From assembly GCF_008065095.1 (NCBI RefSeq), contig NZ_CP042911.1, positions 2,520,001-2,552,000 of the forward strand: a DNA stretch of 32,000 nt. The letters are read 5' to 3'. Shown piece after piece: positions 1-7,380 of the stretch (position 1 is the first letter of the stretch; each line of letters starts with the position of its first letter). The translations under genes and the position numbers were made by a program. Source of the DNA: Gemmata obscuriglobus. Its GTDB lineage: Bacteria; Planctomycetota; Planctomycetia; Gemmatales; Gemmataceae. The notes below the pieces were generated by a model, which had not been told where the DNA came from, did not search any database, and saw nothing but the letters and a program-made list of their open reading frames with translations.

Positions 1-257
1 AACCGGTCCCGCACCTCGCGGAGGAGCTTTTCGGCCTCGCGGTAGTTCCCCTCGGAGAGGAGCACCATCGCGCGGTCGAGCTTGAGCACGTCGGCGTCGC
101 CGCCGTTCTTGGCGATCGCGGCGTCGAGCTTGGTCTTCGCCGCGGTCGTGTTGCCGGAGTTGTACGCCGCGCGGATGTCCTGGAGCTTGTCCGCGTGGGT
201 GGCGCAGCCGATCAGCGCGGCCGACACGACCGCAACGAGCGCGTACAGTTTGGGCAT
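1..257 (-). CDS. Lipoprotein with helical/TPR-like body; first 85 codons only, gene continues past the left window edge
   Basis: Reverse-strand ATG at 257..255 reads MPKLYALVAVVSAALIGCATHADKLQDIRAAYNSGNTTAAKTKLDAAIAKNGGDADVLKLDRAMVLLSEGNYREAEKLLREVRDR. It has a signal peptide plus lipobox (LIGC). Third codon positions are almost all G/C, as in the confident genes here. It is absent from the ORF track because the window edge truncates it. Confidence 0.6.
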   Translation of the reverse strand, partial: MPKLYALVAVVSAALIGCATHADKLQDIRAAYNSGNTTAAKTKLDAAIAKNGGDADVLKLDRAMVLLSEGNYREAEKLLREVRDR

Positions 258-348
258 GAGTCGCTCCGCAACGGGTGGGTGGGGCAGTTCCGGTGTCAAA
301 CCGAGGGCGCCGGGCACGCGCCCCGGCACCGCTCGACCCGAAACCCGA

Positions 349-987
349 TCACGGCCGCCGGCTCTTGCGGTAGCCCTTGCGGATGGAGGCCGATTCCTTG
401 CTTGAGATGCCGGTCTGGATGTTCACGAGTTCCAGGGTAAGTAGGTGGTCCTTCTGGGACGAATCGTTGTTTTGAGTGGTACCTGTGGTGGTGGTGGCGA
501 ATAGCAGGTAGTCAAACGGCATCCCCTGCGACCGCATGGTGGACATGAACTTCTCCTGGCAGTCCGGTTTGAACAGGTCTTCCGGCCGGAGCCGGTGCGT
601 CTCGATTGCGGCCGCGACGTACTTGCGGCTGAGTGACGTGAAGACCTGGGAGTTATTGATTTTCGTGTCGATGATTTCGTTGATTTGGTCCTTCCAGTCG
701 ATGAGATCATCCGAGCCTTTGTTTTGGACGCCGACGAAGCAGATGACTTTCGGGACTGGTGCTGCCGTGCTGGCGGGTTGCAGCCCAGCGTCTTGGCGCG
801 CGAGCAGCTTCGCGACCGCCTCGTCGATCATGGGCTTGTACGTTTCGGCCCCGGCGGCGTGGCTGCCGACCATGTCCTTCTTGCCGTCCTGGATCACCTC
901 GCCGACCTGCTTTGAGCGGCAGCCGACCAGCGCAGGTGCGGCGGCGAACGAACCCCCGACGAGACCCAAGAAGCGGCGACGATCCAT
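349..987 (-). CDS. Lipoprotein with LpoB-like (COG3417-type) domain
   Basis: Track ORF is 349..1047. I prefer the internal ATG at 987 (MDRRRFLGLVGGSFAAAPALVGC), which gives an RR-containing signal plus lipobox. The body (KVICFVGVQNKGSDDLIDWKDQINEIIDTKINNSQVFTSL...MPFDYLLFATTTTG...HLLTLELVNIQTG) follows the pattern I remember for the LpoB/YcfM C-terminal domain. The family call is from memory only. Confidence 0.55.
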   Translation of the reverse strand: MDRRRFLGLVGGSFAAAPALVGCRSKQVGEVIQDGKKDMVGSHAAGAETYKPMIDEAVAKLLARQDAGLQPASTAAPVPKVICFVGVQNKGSDDLIDWKDQINEIIDTKINNSQVFTSLSRKYVAAAIETHRLRPEDLFKPDCQEKFMSTMRSQGMPFDYLLFATTTTGTTQNNDSSQKDHLLTLELVNIQTGISSKESASIRKGYRKSRRP

Positions 988-1284
988 GACGGCTCCTGGC
1001 GGCGCGCGGGCGCGGCGCCGCGATCCCCCCGCGGCCCGGACGCCCAAAGTTCAGTGCGCAGTGCGACGCGGCTAATAGCCGCGCGCCGGCCCGGCGGCAA
1101 GACGGAAACGGATTGCAGGTTGGGGCAAGCGTCCGACAGACGCGCGGCCGGGACGGCCTTTCGTTTCCGCTTGCCGCTCCGCGGCGGGCGGCGATACCAT
1201 GCGTGGATTGCCACTCATTCGCGTCTTTCTGGGACGTGCGACAATCGGTGCCGAGCTGGCCGTCGTCGTTGTTGGTAGGAGGAT

Positions 1285-1914
1285 ATGGCCAAACCCGGCG
1301 CGCCACCGATCACGCAGCCGCTCGCGGGGACGGAACCCGCCCCGGACGCGATCCCGCTCGGTTCGCTCCCTGACCCGGACGCGACCCGGCCCGGGGACGA
1401 CGCGCTCGTGGCCACCTTCAACCAGGTGCGCGACGAACTCGTCAGCACGCTGATGTACCTCCTCGGCAACAGCGACGACGCCCAGGACGCCGCGCAGGAG
1501 GCGTTCCTGAAGTGCTGGCGGGCCCGCGACTCGGTGCCGGACGTGCAGAACCTGCGGGCCTGGATCTTCCGCGTCGCGCTCAACGCCGCCAAGGACTTCC
1601 AGCGGAGCGCGTGGAACCGGAAGAGCCGCCCGCTCCCGGAGGACGACCTCATGTTACCCGCCCGGGGCGACGCGCCGGGCCAGGCGGCCGAAGAGCAAGA
1701 GGCTCTCGACCGGCTCCGGCGCGCCATCACGCAACTGCGGCAGGACGAGAAAGAAGTGTTTCTCCTGCGGCAGAACGGCGATCTAACCTATGAGCAGATC
1801 GCCGAGATCCGCTGCGCCCCGGTGGGCACCGTGAAGACCCAGATGCGCACCGCGCTCATCAAACTGCGCAAGGTGCTCAACCCGCACGCCGCCGAGGACG
1901 AACCCTGTTCGTGA
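1285..1914 (+). CDS. ECF-type RNA polymerase sigma-70 family factor
   Basis: AGGAGG lies 5 nt upstream of ATG 1285. Region 2 reads DDAQDAAQEAFLKCWRARDSVPDVQNLRAWIFRVALNAAKDFQR. Region 4 HTH reads EKEVFLLRQNGDLTYEQIAEIRCAPVGTVKTQMRTALIKLRKVL. There is a Pro-rich ~40-aa N-terminal extension. Confidence 0.9.
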   Translation: MAKPGAPPITQPLAGTEPAPDAIPLGSLPDPDATRPGDDALVATFNQVRDELVSTLMYLLGNSDDAQDAAQEAFLKCWRARDSVPDVQNLRAWIFRVALNAAKDFQRSAWNRKSRPLPEDDLMLPARGDAPGQAAEEQEALDRLRRAITQLRQDEKEVFLLRQNGDLTYEQIAEIRCAPVGTVKTQMRTALIKLRKVLNPHAAEDEPCS

Positions 1915-2020
1915 CGGATCACGGGAGTACGAACGCACGACCGCCCGCCGGCTCCGGGCCGGCGCCCTCAACAACCTTCCCGCCGACCGCCAACCCCGGC
2001 GAGGGGAAGGGGACGAGACG

Positions 2021-5000
2021 ATGAACTGCGAACACTGTCAAACCCTGCTGCTCGATCACCTGTACGACCTCCTCGACCGTGACGAGGCCGCGGCGGTCGA
2101 TACGCACCTCGCCGGCTGCCCCGCGTGCGCAGGCGCCCGCGCCGAGACCGCCCGCGTTCAGGGGCTGATCGCCCGCGCCGCCAAGACGACGTTCCCCGAC
2201 ACCCTCTTCACACCGCCCCCGGTACAGAAGAGCGAGCCGCGCCCCGTCACCGCTCCGGCGTACCCGTCGGTCCCGGGCGGTGCCGGAGAAGGGAAGGGCG
2301 GGTGGCGTGTCGCCGCCGTGGTCCCGTGGGTCGTCGCCGCCGCCGTACTGCTCGCGGTTCCAAGTACGGTTGTTCCGGTTCTGAACACCTTCCGCACCGC
2401 CGCCGAGGAGGGCCGGGCGGCCGAAGCCGCCGACCGCGAGGTCGCTGCCGCCGCCCGCGCCGTTGAAGAGGTGAAACACGCCCGCACCGCCCGCCTCGGT
2501 GACGCCGAGATGCGGCTCGCGACCGCCGAACAGGCCCGCGTCGCGCTGCTCGACCGGTGGCTCGCCGAGCAGAAGGCCGTCGCGCAGGCCGCCTTCACCC
2601 GCAAACTCAACGTGAACGTGCTCAAGCCCGCGACCGTTCAGCCGGGCGCGCCGAACGACTTCCTGCTCGTCGTCCGCGACGAGCGCGACGGGTCCGCGCG
2701 CCGCTCCCGGCTCGTCGCCGAGGTCCGCGCGAGTGACGCAGTCGTGTTCACCCAGCCGCTCGACCACGAGAAGCGCGGCAACCAGCACCCGATCCGGCTT
2801 CCCGCGAGCGTGTGGACGAAGTTGAAGCCCGACGCCGAACTCACCCTCGTCGTCGCCGAGGTGGACGAGAAGACTCAGGCCCGCACGGCGCTGCAAGAGA
2901 TTCGCCTCGCCGGGCCGGTTTTCACCACCCTCCTGACGACCGATAAGCCGGTGTACCGCCCCGGGGAGCGGCTGTTCTTCCGCTCGCTCACGCTCGACCG
3001 CGTCACGCTCAAGCCGCCGGCGACCGAGCAGGCCCTGCGCTACGAGCTGATCGCCGGCACCAACCCGAACGCGCGGGTCGCGCCCGTGGCGGTCGCCACC
3101 GGGACCACCGGGCTGGTGCGAGTCGGGCACGCGGGCGGAAAGGTCGAGGTGGTGCGTACCCCCGTCGGGCAACCGGTCCGCGGGGTGGGGTGCGGCGAGT
3201 TCGTGCTGCCCCCGGATCTCGCCGACGGCGAATACACGCTGGTGCTGCGCGAGGTGCCGACTGGCCCGGGCGGGACGGTGACGCTGCCGGTGCCGGTGAC
3301 CCGCACGGTCAAAGTCCGGTCCGGCACGCGGGACCTGTTCGCGAAGCAACTCGGGTACTCCGGCGCGCGGTCGTTCGCCTCCGGCGATCTGGTCGAGGCG
3401 TGGGCGGAACTGAAGACGCTGGACCAGCCGGTCGTGGGGGCCGAAGTGGTCGGAGTGGTCGTCACCGCGGACGGCGTCCCGGTCCCCGGGGTCGAGGCGG
3501 CGCACACCACCGACGCGCTCGGCCGCGCGAAGCTCCGGTTCGCCCTGCCCGACGAGGTGCTCGACGGGGACGTGCGGGTGAAGGTCACGTTCCGCTCAGC
3601 GGACGGGGTCGAGTCCGTGGCGGACCGCGTCCCGGTCGTCAGCCGGCGGCTCCACGTCGAGTTCTTTCCCGAGGGCGGTGACGCCATCGTTGCGGGCGTG
3701 CCGTGCCGGGTGTACGTGCGGGCGACGACCCCCGCGGGCCAACCGGTGGACATCAGCGGCGTCGTCACCGACGGGCGGCAGACGCTGGCCACCGTGACCA
3801 CGCTGCGGGACGCGGCCGAGCAGGGCGCGAACCGCGGGCTGGCGTCGTTCACGTTCACCCCGCAGGCGGGCGTGCCCACTTGGCTGAAGCTGGACGCGCC
3901 GCACGGGGTGTACGCGCCCCTCCTCGCTGGGGCGCCGGTGAAGGTAGCAGAGGTGGCGGTCGCCGGCGGAGCCGCGGCGGTTGCCGGACGCACCGGCTTC
4001 AGGCTGCCCGACGCGCGGCTCGACGGCGTGGTGATGAGCGTTCCGGACACGATCACCGAGCCCGGGCAGCCGATCAAGGTGCATCTGTATTCCGTGGGGC
4101 AACCGCGGACGCTGGTGGTCGGCGCCTACGTGCGCGGGCGGCTCGCGGACACGCAGAAGGTGCTCGCCGAGCCCGGGCAGCTCACCGAGGCGAAGCTGAT
4201 GGCCGGCTCCGACCCGCGCGGCGGGGTGGTCCGGGTCACCGCCTTCGAGGAAGTGGACGCGAAGAACGACCCCGACCGTCCGGACCTGAAGCCGGTCGCG
4301 GAGCGGCTCGTGTTCCGCCGCCCGGGGGAGGTGCTCAACCTGTCCCTCGCGGTTTCGTCGCCCGAGGCGAGGGCGTTCGTGCCCGGTGCGCCGGTGGCGT
4401 GCGCGGTGGCGGCGACCGACGAGAAGAACAACCCGGCCGCGGCGGTGCTGTGGGCCGCGGTGATCAACACCGGGGTTGCACCGGGCGCGAAGGACCGGGC
4501 GCTGCCGACGCACTTCCTCCTGGCGGGGGACGTGCAGAGCCCCGAAGACCTGGAGTACGCCGACTTCCTGCTCACCGACCACCCGAAGGCGCGCGAGGCG
4601 CTCGACCTGGTGCTCGGCACGCAGGGATGGCGCCGGTTCGCCGAACAGAGCCCGCTCGTGCTGGCCGCGGGTAGGGCCGGGTTGCAGCCGACTCCCTTAC
4701 TGCCGGGCGGGCCCGATTTGGCGCGGCTACTGGTTCAGAACGGGCAGCACGCCGTTTTGGCGGAACCTGCCGTGGCGCTCGAAGCGCGCCGGCTCGCGGA
4801 CACCTACGCGCCGCTGTACGAGGCGGCGGTTCAGGCCGTAACAAAGGCGCGGGCGGCGATCGATCAGACCCACGAGCGCGACCGCGATCAGAGCGACATC
4901 CGGCAGGCGCAAGCGTCCGAATCGGCCGTTCGCCGTGCCGCGGCGGAGCAGGAGCGCCGGACCGGCGCGGCCCGTGAGTCGGTGGAGCGGCTCCGGTCGG

Positions 5001-6256
5001 GGGCGTGGTACGGGGTGGCCGGGTTCGCGGCGCTGGCGCTGCTGTGTGGCGGGGCGTCACTGACCCGCCCGCGGGCACGGCTGCCGCTCGGCTTCAGCAC
5101 GGTCGGTTCGTTCGGGCTCGCGGCGTTTCTCGTTATTGCGGCCGGGTGGGACACCGAGGTCCGGGGCGATCGAAGTGCGGCCACGCCGGAGCCAGCGACC
5201 GCCGACGCCTGGGCGCCACGTGCCGAGCGAGCCGAGCCCGCGATCGCGCCGGCCCCGCGCCTGAAGCGCGCACCGGAAGTTCAGAACATGGCCAGCGCGG
5301 CGTCGGGTGTGGCGTGGGACGGAAAAACGGAAGGGGGCGCGAAGCTCTCTGGTGGTGCCGCCGGTGGCGGGGGATTTGGAGCTGCCGCGCTGCCGGCTCC
5401 GGCCGGACCGGGCGGGCTGCGCCAGCCGAATCTCGCGCAGGCTCCAACTCCGATCCCGCCTCCAAAGGCCCCAGCGGTTGCGCCGCCCGCGGGACGGGCG
5501 CACGAGCGGTTCGCGCCGGCCGCCGTACCGGAACCTGTGGCGCCGCTCGCCGCCCCAAAGATGATGAAGGCGGCTTCTGGCGGCCCCGCCGGTCCCACCG
5601 AGATGGGGTGGGCGCCGATCCGCCCGTCCGCTGTTACGGCCGCCGATCTTGCGCGGTCCGAACCGGACCTCCAGGGACGGTCCCGATCGCGGCCGAGTTC
5701 TGACTGGGCCGTCGTTCAACTCCAGAAGGCCACCGCCGAAGCGAACCGGTTCGCTCACGAGCGGCAGCGGAAGCTCACCGAAGCGCTCGACGCGATGTCC
5801 GGTAACCGCGCGGCACCGGCGGCCGGGCCAGACAGCTTCACCACCCAGGCGTACAACACCCCGCTGTTCACGCCTGAGAAGATCGAGGCCCTCGCACTGC
5901 GGCAGATCCGCGGCGCGGTGCCCGTACTTCCGCCCTTGGTGGTGCGCGAGTACGCCCAACCGCGGCCGGTGGCCGCGGCGCTGGCGGACGCCGGCGAGTC
6001 GCCGGACACGATTCTGTGGCAACCGGTGGTTGTGCTGCCCGCGGACGGCAAGGCGGTGCTGAACTTCGCACTCGGAGACGCCCGCGGGTACCGCATCGTG
6101 GTCGCCGGCCACACGCCCGATGGGCGGCTCGGTGAGGCCCGTGCCGTGATCGCCGTGCAGCCGCTCGTTTCGCGCGCGAGTCCGCCGATCGTAACGACCC
6201 CGCCGGGTGGGGCGGTTCCGACGACCGCTCCTGCCGCACCGGGTCCGCGGCCTTAG
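2021..6256 (+). CDS. Giant membrane anti-sigma factor: N-terminal zinc-binding anti-sigma (ZAS, zf-HC2) domain fused to MG2/alpha-2-macroglobulin-like ectodomain
   Basis: Starts 106 nt after the sigma gene. aa 4-36 contain CEHC and H29-x3-C33-x2-C36 (HLAGCPAC, nt 2105-2128), the ZAS motif. A TM helix follows (WRVAAVVPWVVAAAVLLAV). MG-type segments are TTDKPVYRPGERLFFRSLTLDR, LHVEFFPEGGDAIVAGVPCRVYVRATTPAGQPVDISGVV, DLVLGTQGWRRF, and C-terminal TILWQPVVVLPADGKAVLNFALGDARGYRIVVAGHTPDGRLG. Two more hydrophobic helices lie near nt 5003-5150, followed by a Pro/Ala-rich linker. Confidence 0.85.
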   Translation: MNCEHCQTLLLDHLYDLLDRDEAAAVDTHLAGCPACAGARAETARVQGLIARAAKTTFPDTLFTPPPVQKSEPRPVTAPAYPSVPGGAGEGKGGWRVAAVVPWVVAAAVLLAVPSTVVPVLNTFRTAAEEGRAAEAADREVAAAARAVEEVKHARTARLGDAEMRLATAEQARVALLDRWLAEQKAVAQAAFTRKLNVNVLKPATVQPGAPNDFLLVVRDERDGSARRSRLVAEVRASDAVVFTQPLDHEKRGNQHPIRLPASVWTKLKPDAELTLVVAEVDEKTQARTALQEIRLAGPVFTTLLTTDKPVYRPGERLFFRSLTLDRVTLKPPATEQALRYELIAGTNPNARVAPVAVATGTTGLVRVGHAGGKVEVVRTPVGQPVRGVGCGEFVLPPDLADGEYTLVLREVPTGPGGTVTLPVPVTRTVKVRSGTRDLFAKQLGYSGARSFASGDLVEAWAELKTLDQPVVGAEVVGVVVTADGVPVPGVEAAHTTDALGRAKLRFALPDEVLDGDVRVKVTFRSADGVESVADRVPVVSRRLHVEFFPEGGDAIVAGVPCRVYVRATTPAGQPVDISGVVTDGRQTLATVTTLRDAAEQGANRGLASFTFTPQAGVPTWLKLDAPHGVYAPLLAGAPVKVAEVAVAGGAAAVAGRTGFRLPDARLDGVVMSVPDTITEPGQPIKVHLYSVGQPRTLVVGAYVRGRLADTQKVLAEPGQLTEAKLMAGSDPRGGVVRVTAFEEVDAKNDPDRPDLKPVAERLVFRRPGEVLNLSLAVSSPEARAFVPGAPVACAVAATDEKNNPAAAVLWAAVINTGVAPGAKDRALPTHFLLAGDVQSPEDLEYADFLLTDHPKAREALDLVLGTQGWRRFAEQSPLVLAAGRAGLQPTPLLPGGPDLARLLVQNGQHAVLAEPAVALEARRLADTYAPLYEAAVQAVTKARAAIDQTHERDRDQSDIRQAQASESAVRRAAAEQERRTGAARESVERLRSGAWYGVAGFAALALLCGGASLTRPRARLPLGFSTVGSFGLAAFLVIAAGWDTEVRGDRSAATPEPATADAWAPRAERAEPAIAPAPRLKRAPEVQNMASAASGVAWDGKTEGGAKLSGGAAGGGGFGAAALPAPAGPGGLRQPNLAQAPTPIPPPKAPAVAPPAGRAHERFAPAAVPEPVAPLAAPKMMKAASGGPAGPTEMGWAPIRPSAVTAADLARSEPDLQGRSRSRPSSDWAVVQLQKATAEANRFAHERQRKLTEALDAMSGNRAAPAAGPDSFTTQAYNTPLFTPEKIEALALRQIRGAVPVLPPLVVREYAQPRPVAAALADAGESPDTILWQPVVVLPADGKAVLNFALGDARGYRIVVAGHTPDGRLGEARAVIAVQPLVSRASPPIVTTPPGGAVPTTAPAAPGPRP

Positions 6257-6289
6257 CCCGCTCCCCGGTCACCCTTTTGAACACGATCC

Positions 6290-6324
6290 GACCCGCCGGG
6301 TGAGCGCCGCTCACCCGGCGGGTC
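6290..6324 (+). terminator. GC-rich hairpin downstream of the anti-sigma gene
   Basis: GACCCGCCGGGTGAGCG (6290-6306) and CGCTCACCCGGCGGGTC (6308-6324) are perfect reverse complements. The hairpin lies 34 nt after stop 6256 and has only a weak T tail (gatgcgttt). Confidence 0.5.
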
Positions 6325-6362
6325 GATGCGTTTAGATGGAAGACCCCGGAGGGACCGACATC

Positions 6363-7193
6363 ATGACACTTCGCGCGTTCGGGTTGGCGGTCGCGGTGTG
6401 CGCTTGCGCTCCGGCGCTCGGACAGGCGCAGCACGTTCTGCTTGCGGACAAGAAAACCGTTCACGGCTACCCGTATGGGCCGCGGGTCGCGCCCCCGTGG
6501 GGCTACCCGGGGCTGTACGGCGGGCCGTTCGTCGGGTACCCGGTGTTCCCGCGGTACTACAACAGTCTGTTCACGAACTACGAACCGCTCGGCCCCAACA
6601 TCGGGGTGTACTCGGGGTTCGGCTCTCCGGGCTTCGGGTACGGCTACCCGGGGTACCCCGGCTATTACGGCTTCCCGGGACGGATCGGCAACCAGTGGAC
6701 CAACGGGCTGAGCGCGTACGGCCCACCGGTGCCGGTGTACGGCCCGATCCCGGGCGTGTTCGGCAACAACGACCTCGTGCGGAACTACCGGGCGGCCCCG
6801 GGGATCGGTGGGTACGGGTGGATCGGCATTTACGCCGCGTCACCTCGCCCCCGCCGTCCGAACGTGTCCGTGTACCCGACGGTCGAGCGGGTCGGTTCGG
6901 CGCCCGCTTACGTCGAGACCGTGCCGGCCGCGCCGATTGCACGCCAGACCGCGTGCCTGGTGCTCTCGGTGAAGGTGCCGCAACCGACCGCCGAGGTGCT
7001 CGTTGACGGGCAGAAGACCGCGCAGACCGGTACCGACCGCATCTTCGAGTCGCCGCCGCTCGAAGCGGGCCAACCGTACCGGTACACCGTGACCGCGCGG
7101 TGGATCGAGCGCGGGCAAACGGTTGAGGTGACGCGCGAGGTCACCGGCAGCCCGGGCGAGGTGGTCCGGGTCGACTTCAGCACAGGGAAATAA
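6363..7193 (+). CDS. Secreted Gly/Tyr/Pro-rich protein with C-terminal TIGR03000 (Planctomycetes-specific) domain
   Basis: Track ORF starts at 6336. ATG 6363 has GGAGGG 9 nt upstream and gives the signal peptide MTLRAFGLAVAVCACAPALGQA. The C-terminus ACLVLSVKVPQPTAEVLVDGQKTAQTGTDRIFESPPLEAGQPYRYTVTARWIERGQTVEVTREVTGSPGEVVRVDF matches my memory of the TIGR03000 signature. Confidence 0.8.
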   Translation: MTLRAFGLAVAVCACAPALGQAQHVLLADKKTVHGYPYGPRVAPPWGYPGLYGGPFVGYPVFPRYYNSLFTNYEPLGPNIGVYSGFGSPGFGYGYPGYPGYYGFPGRIGNQWTNGLSAYGPPVPVYGPIPGVFGNNDLVRNYRAAPGIGGYGWIGIYAASPRPRRPNVSVYPTVERVGSAPAYVETVPAAPIARQTACLVLSVKVPQPTAEVLVDGQKTAQTGTDRIFESPPLEAGQPYRYTVTARWIERGQTVEVTREVTGSPGEVVRVDFSTGK

Positions 7194-7205
7194 GCCAAGA
7201 AGATC

Positions 7206-7367
7206 GGCCACAAAAAAGCACAAAGGGCACAAAAGAAAACCGAAGACAAAAGAGTGCGTTCAAAACACTTCTCTTCGTCTTCGGTTTTCTTTTGTGCCCT
7301 TTGTGCTTTTTTGTGGCCAACTCTCTTCTGTCTTTGTCTTCGGTTTTCCTTTGTGCTTTTTTGTGGC
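7206..7367. repeat. 42-bp perfect palindrome (arms 7206-7247 and 7277-7318) plus a third, shortened copy of the T-rich arm (7336-7367), between convergent genes
   Basis: The left arm GGCCACAAAAAAGCACAAAGGGCACAAAAGAAAACCGAAGAC is the exact reverse complement of gtcttcggttttcttttgtgccctttgtgcttttttgtggcc. The loop is 29 nt. The third copy gtcttcggttttcctttgtgcttttttgtggc lacks ~10 nt. The element is strikingly AT-rich for this sequence, and there is no T anywhere in 7206-7254. Confidence 0.9.
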
Positions 7368-7380
7368 TAATCCTGCTGTC

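Noticed and set aside
1104-1133. ECF-type promoter-like GGAAAC ... CGTC upstream of the first sigma gene
   Set aside because: The spacer is 20 nt, where ECF promoters typically have ~16-17 nt. This is not supported.
3185-3205. Possible alpha-2-macroglobulin thioester site (GVGCGEFVL)
   Set aside because: The motif is CGEF, not CxEQ. No other CxEQ is present in the protein, so it is treated as thioester-less.
1919-4582. Long minus-strand ORFs (1919..3505 at 528 aa, 3040..4077, 3596..4582) and several plus-strand off-frame ORFs inside the anti-sigma gene
   Set aside because: They are Arg/Gly/Pro/His-rich low-information text with no start context. They lie opposite or out of frame to a 1411-aa ORF with recognisable domains. 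These are typical shadow ORFs of a high-GC gene.
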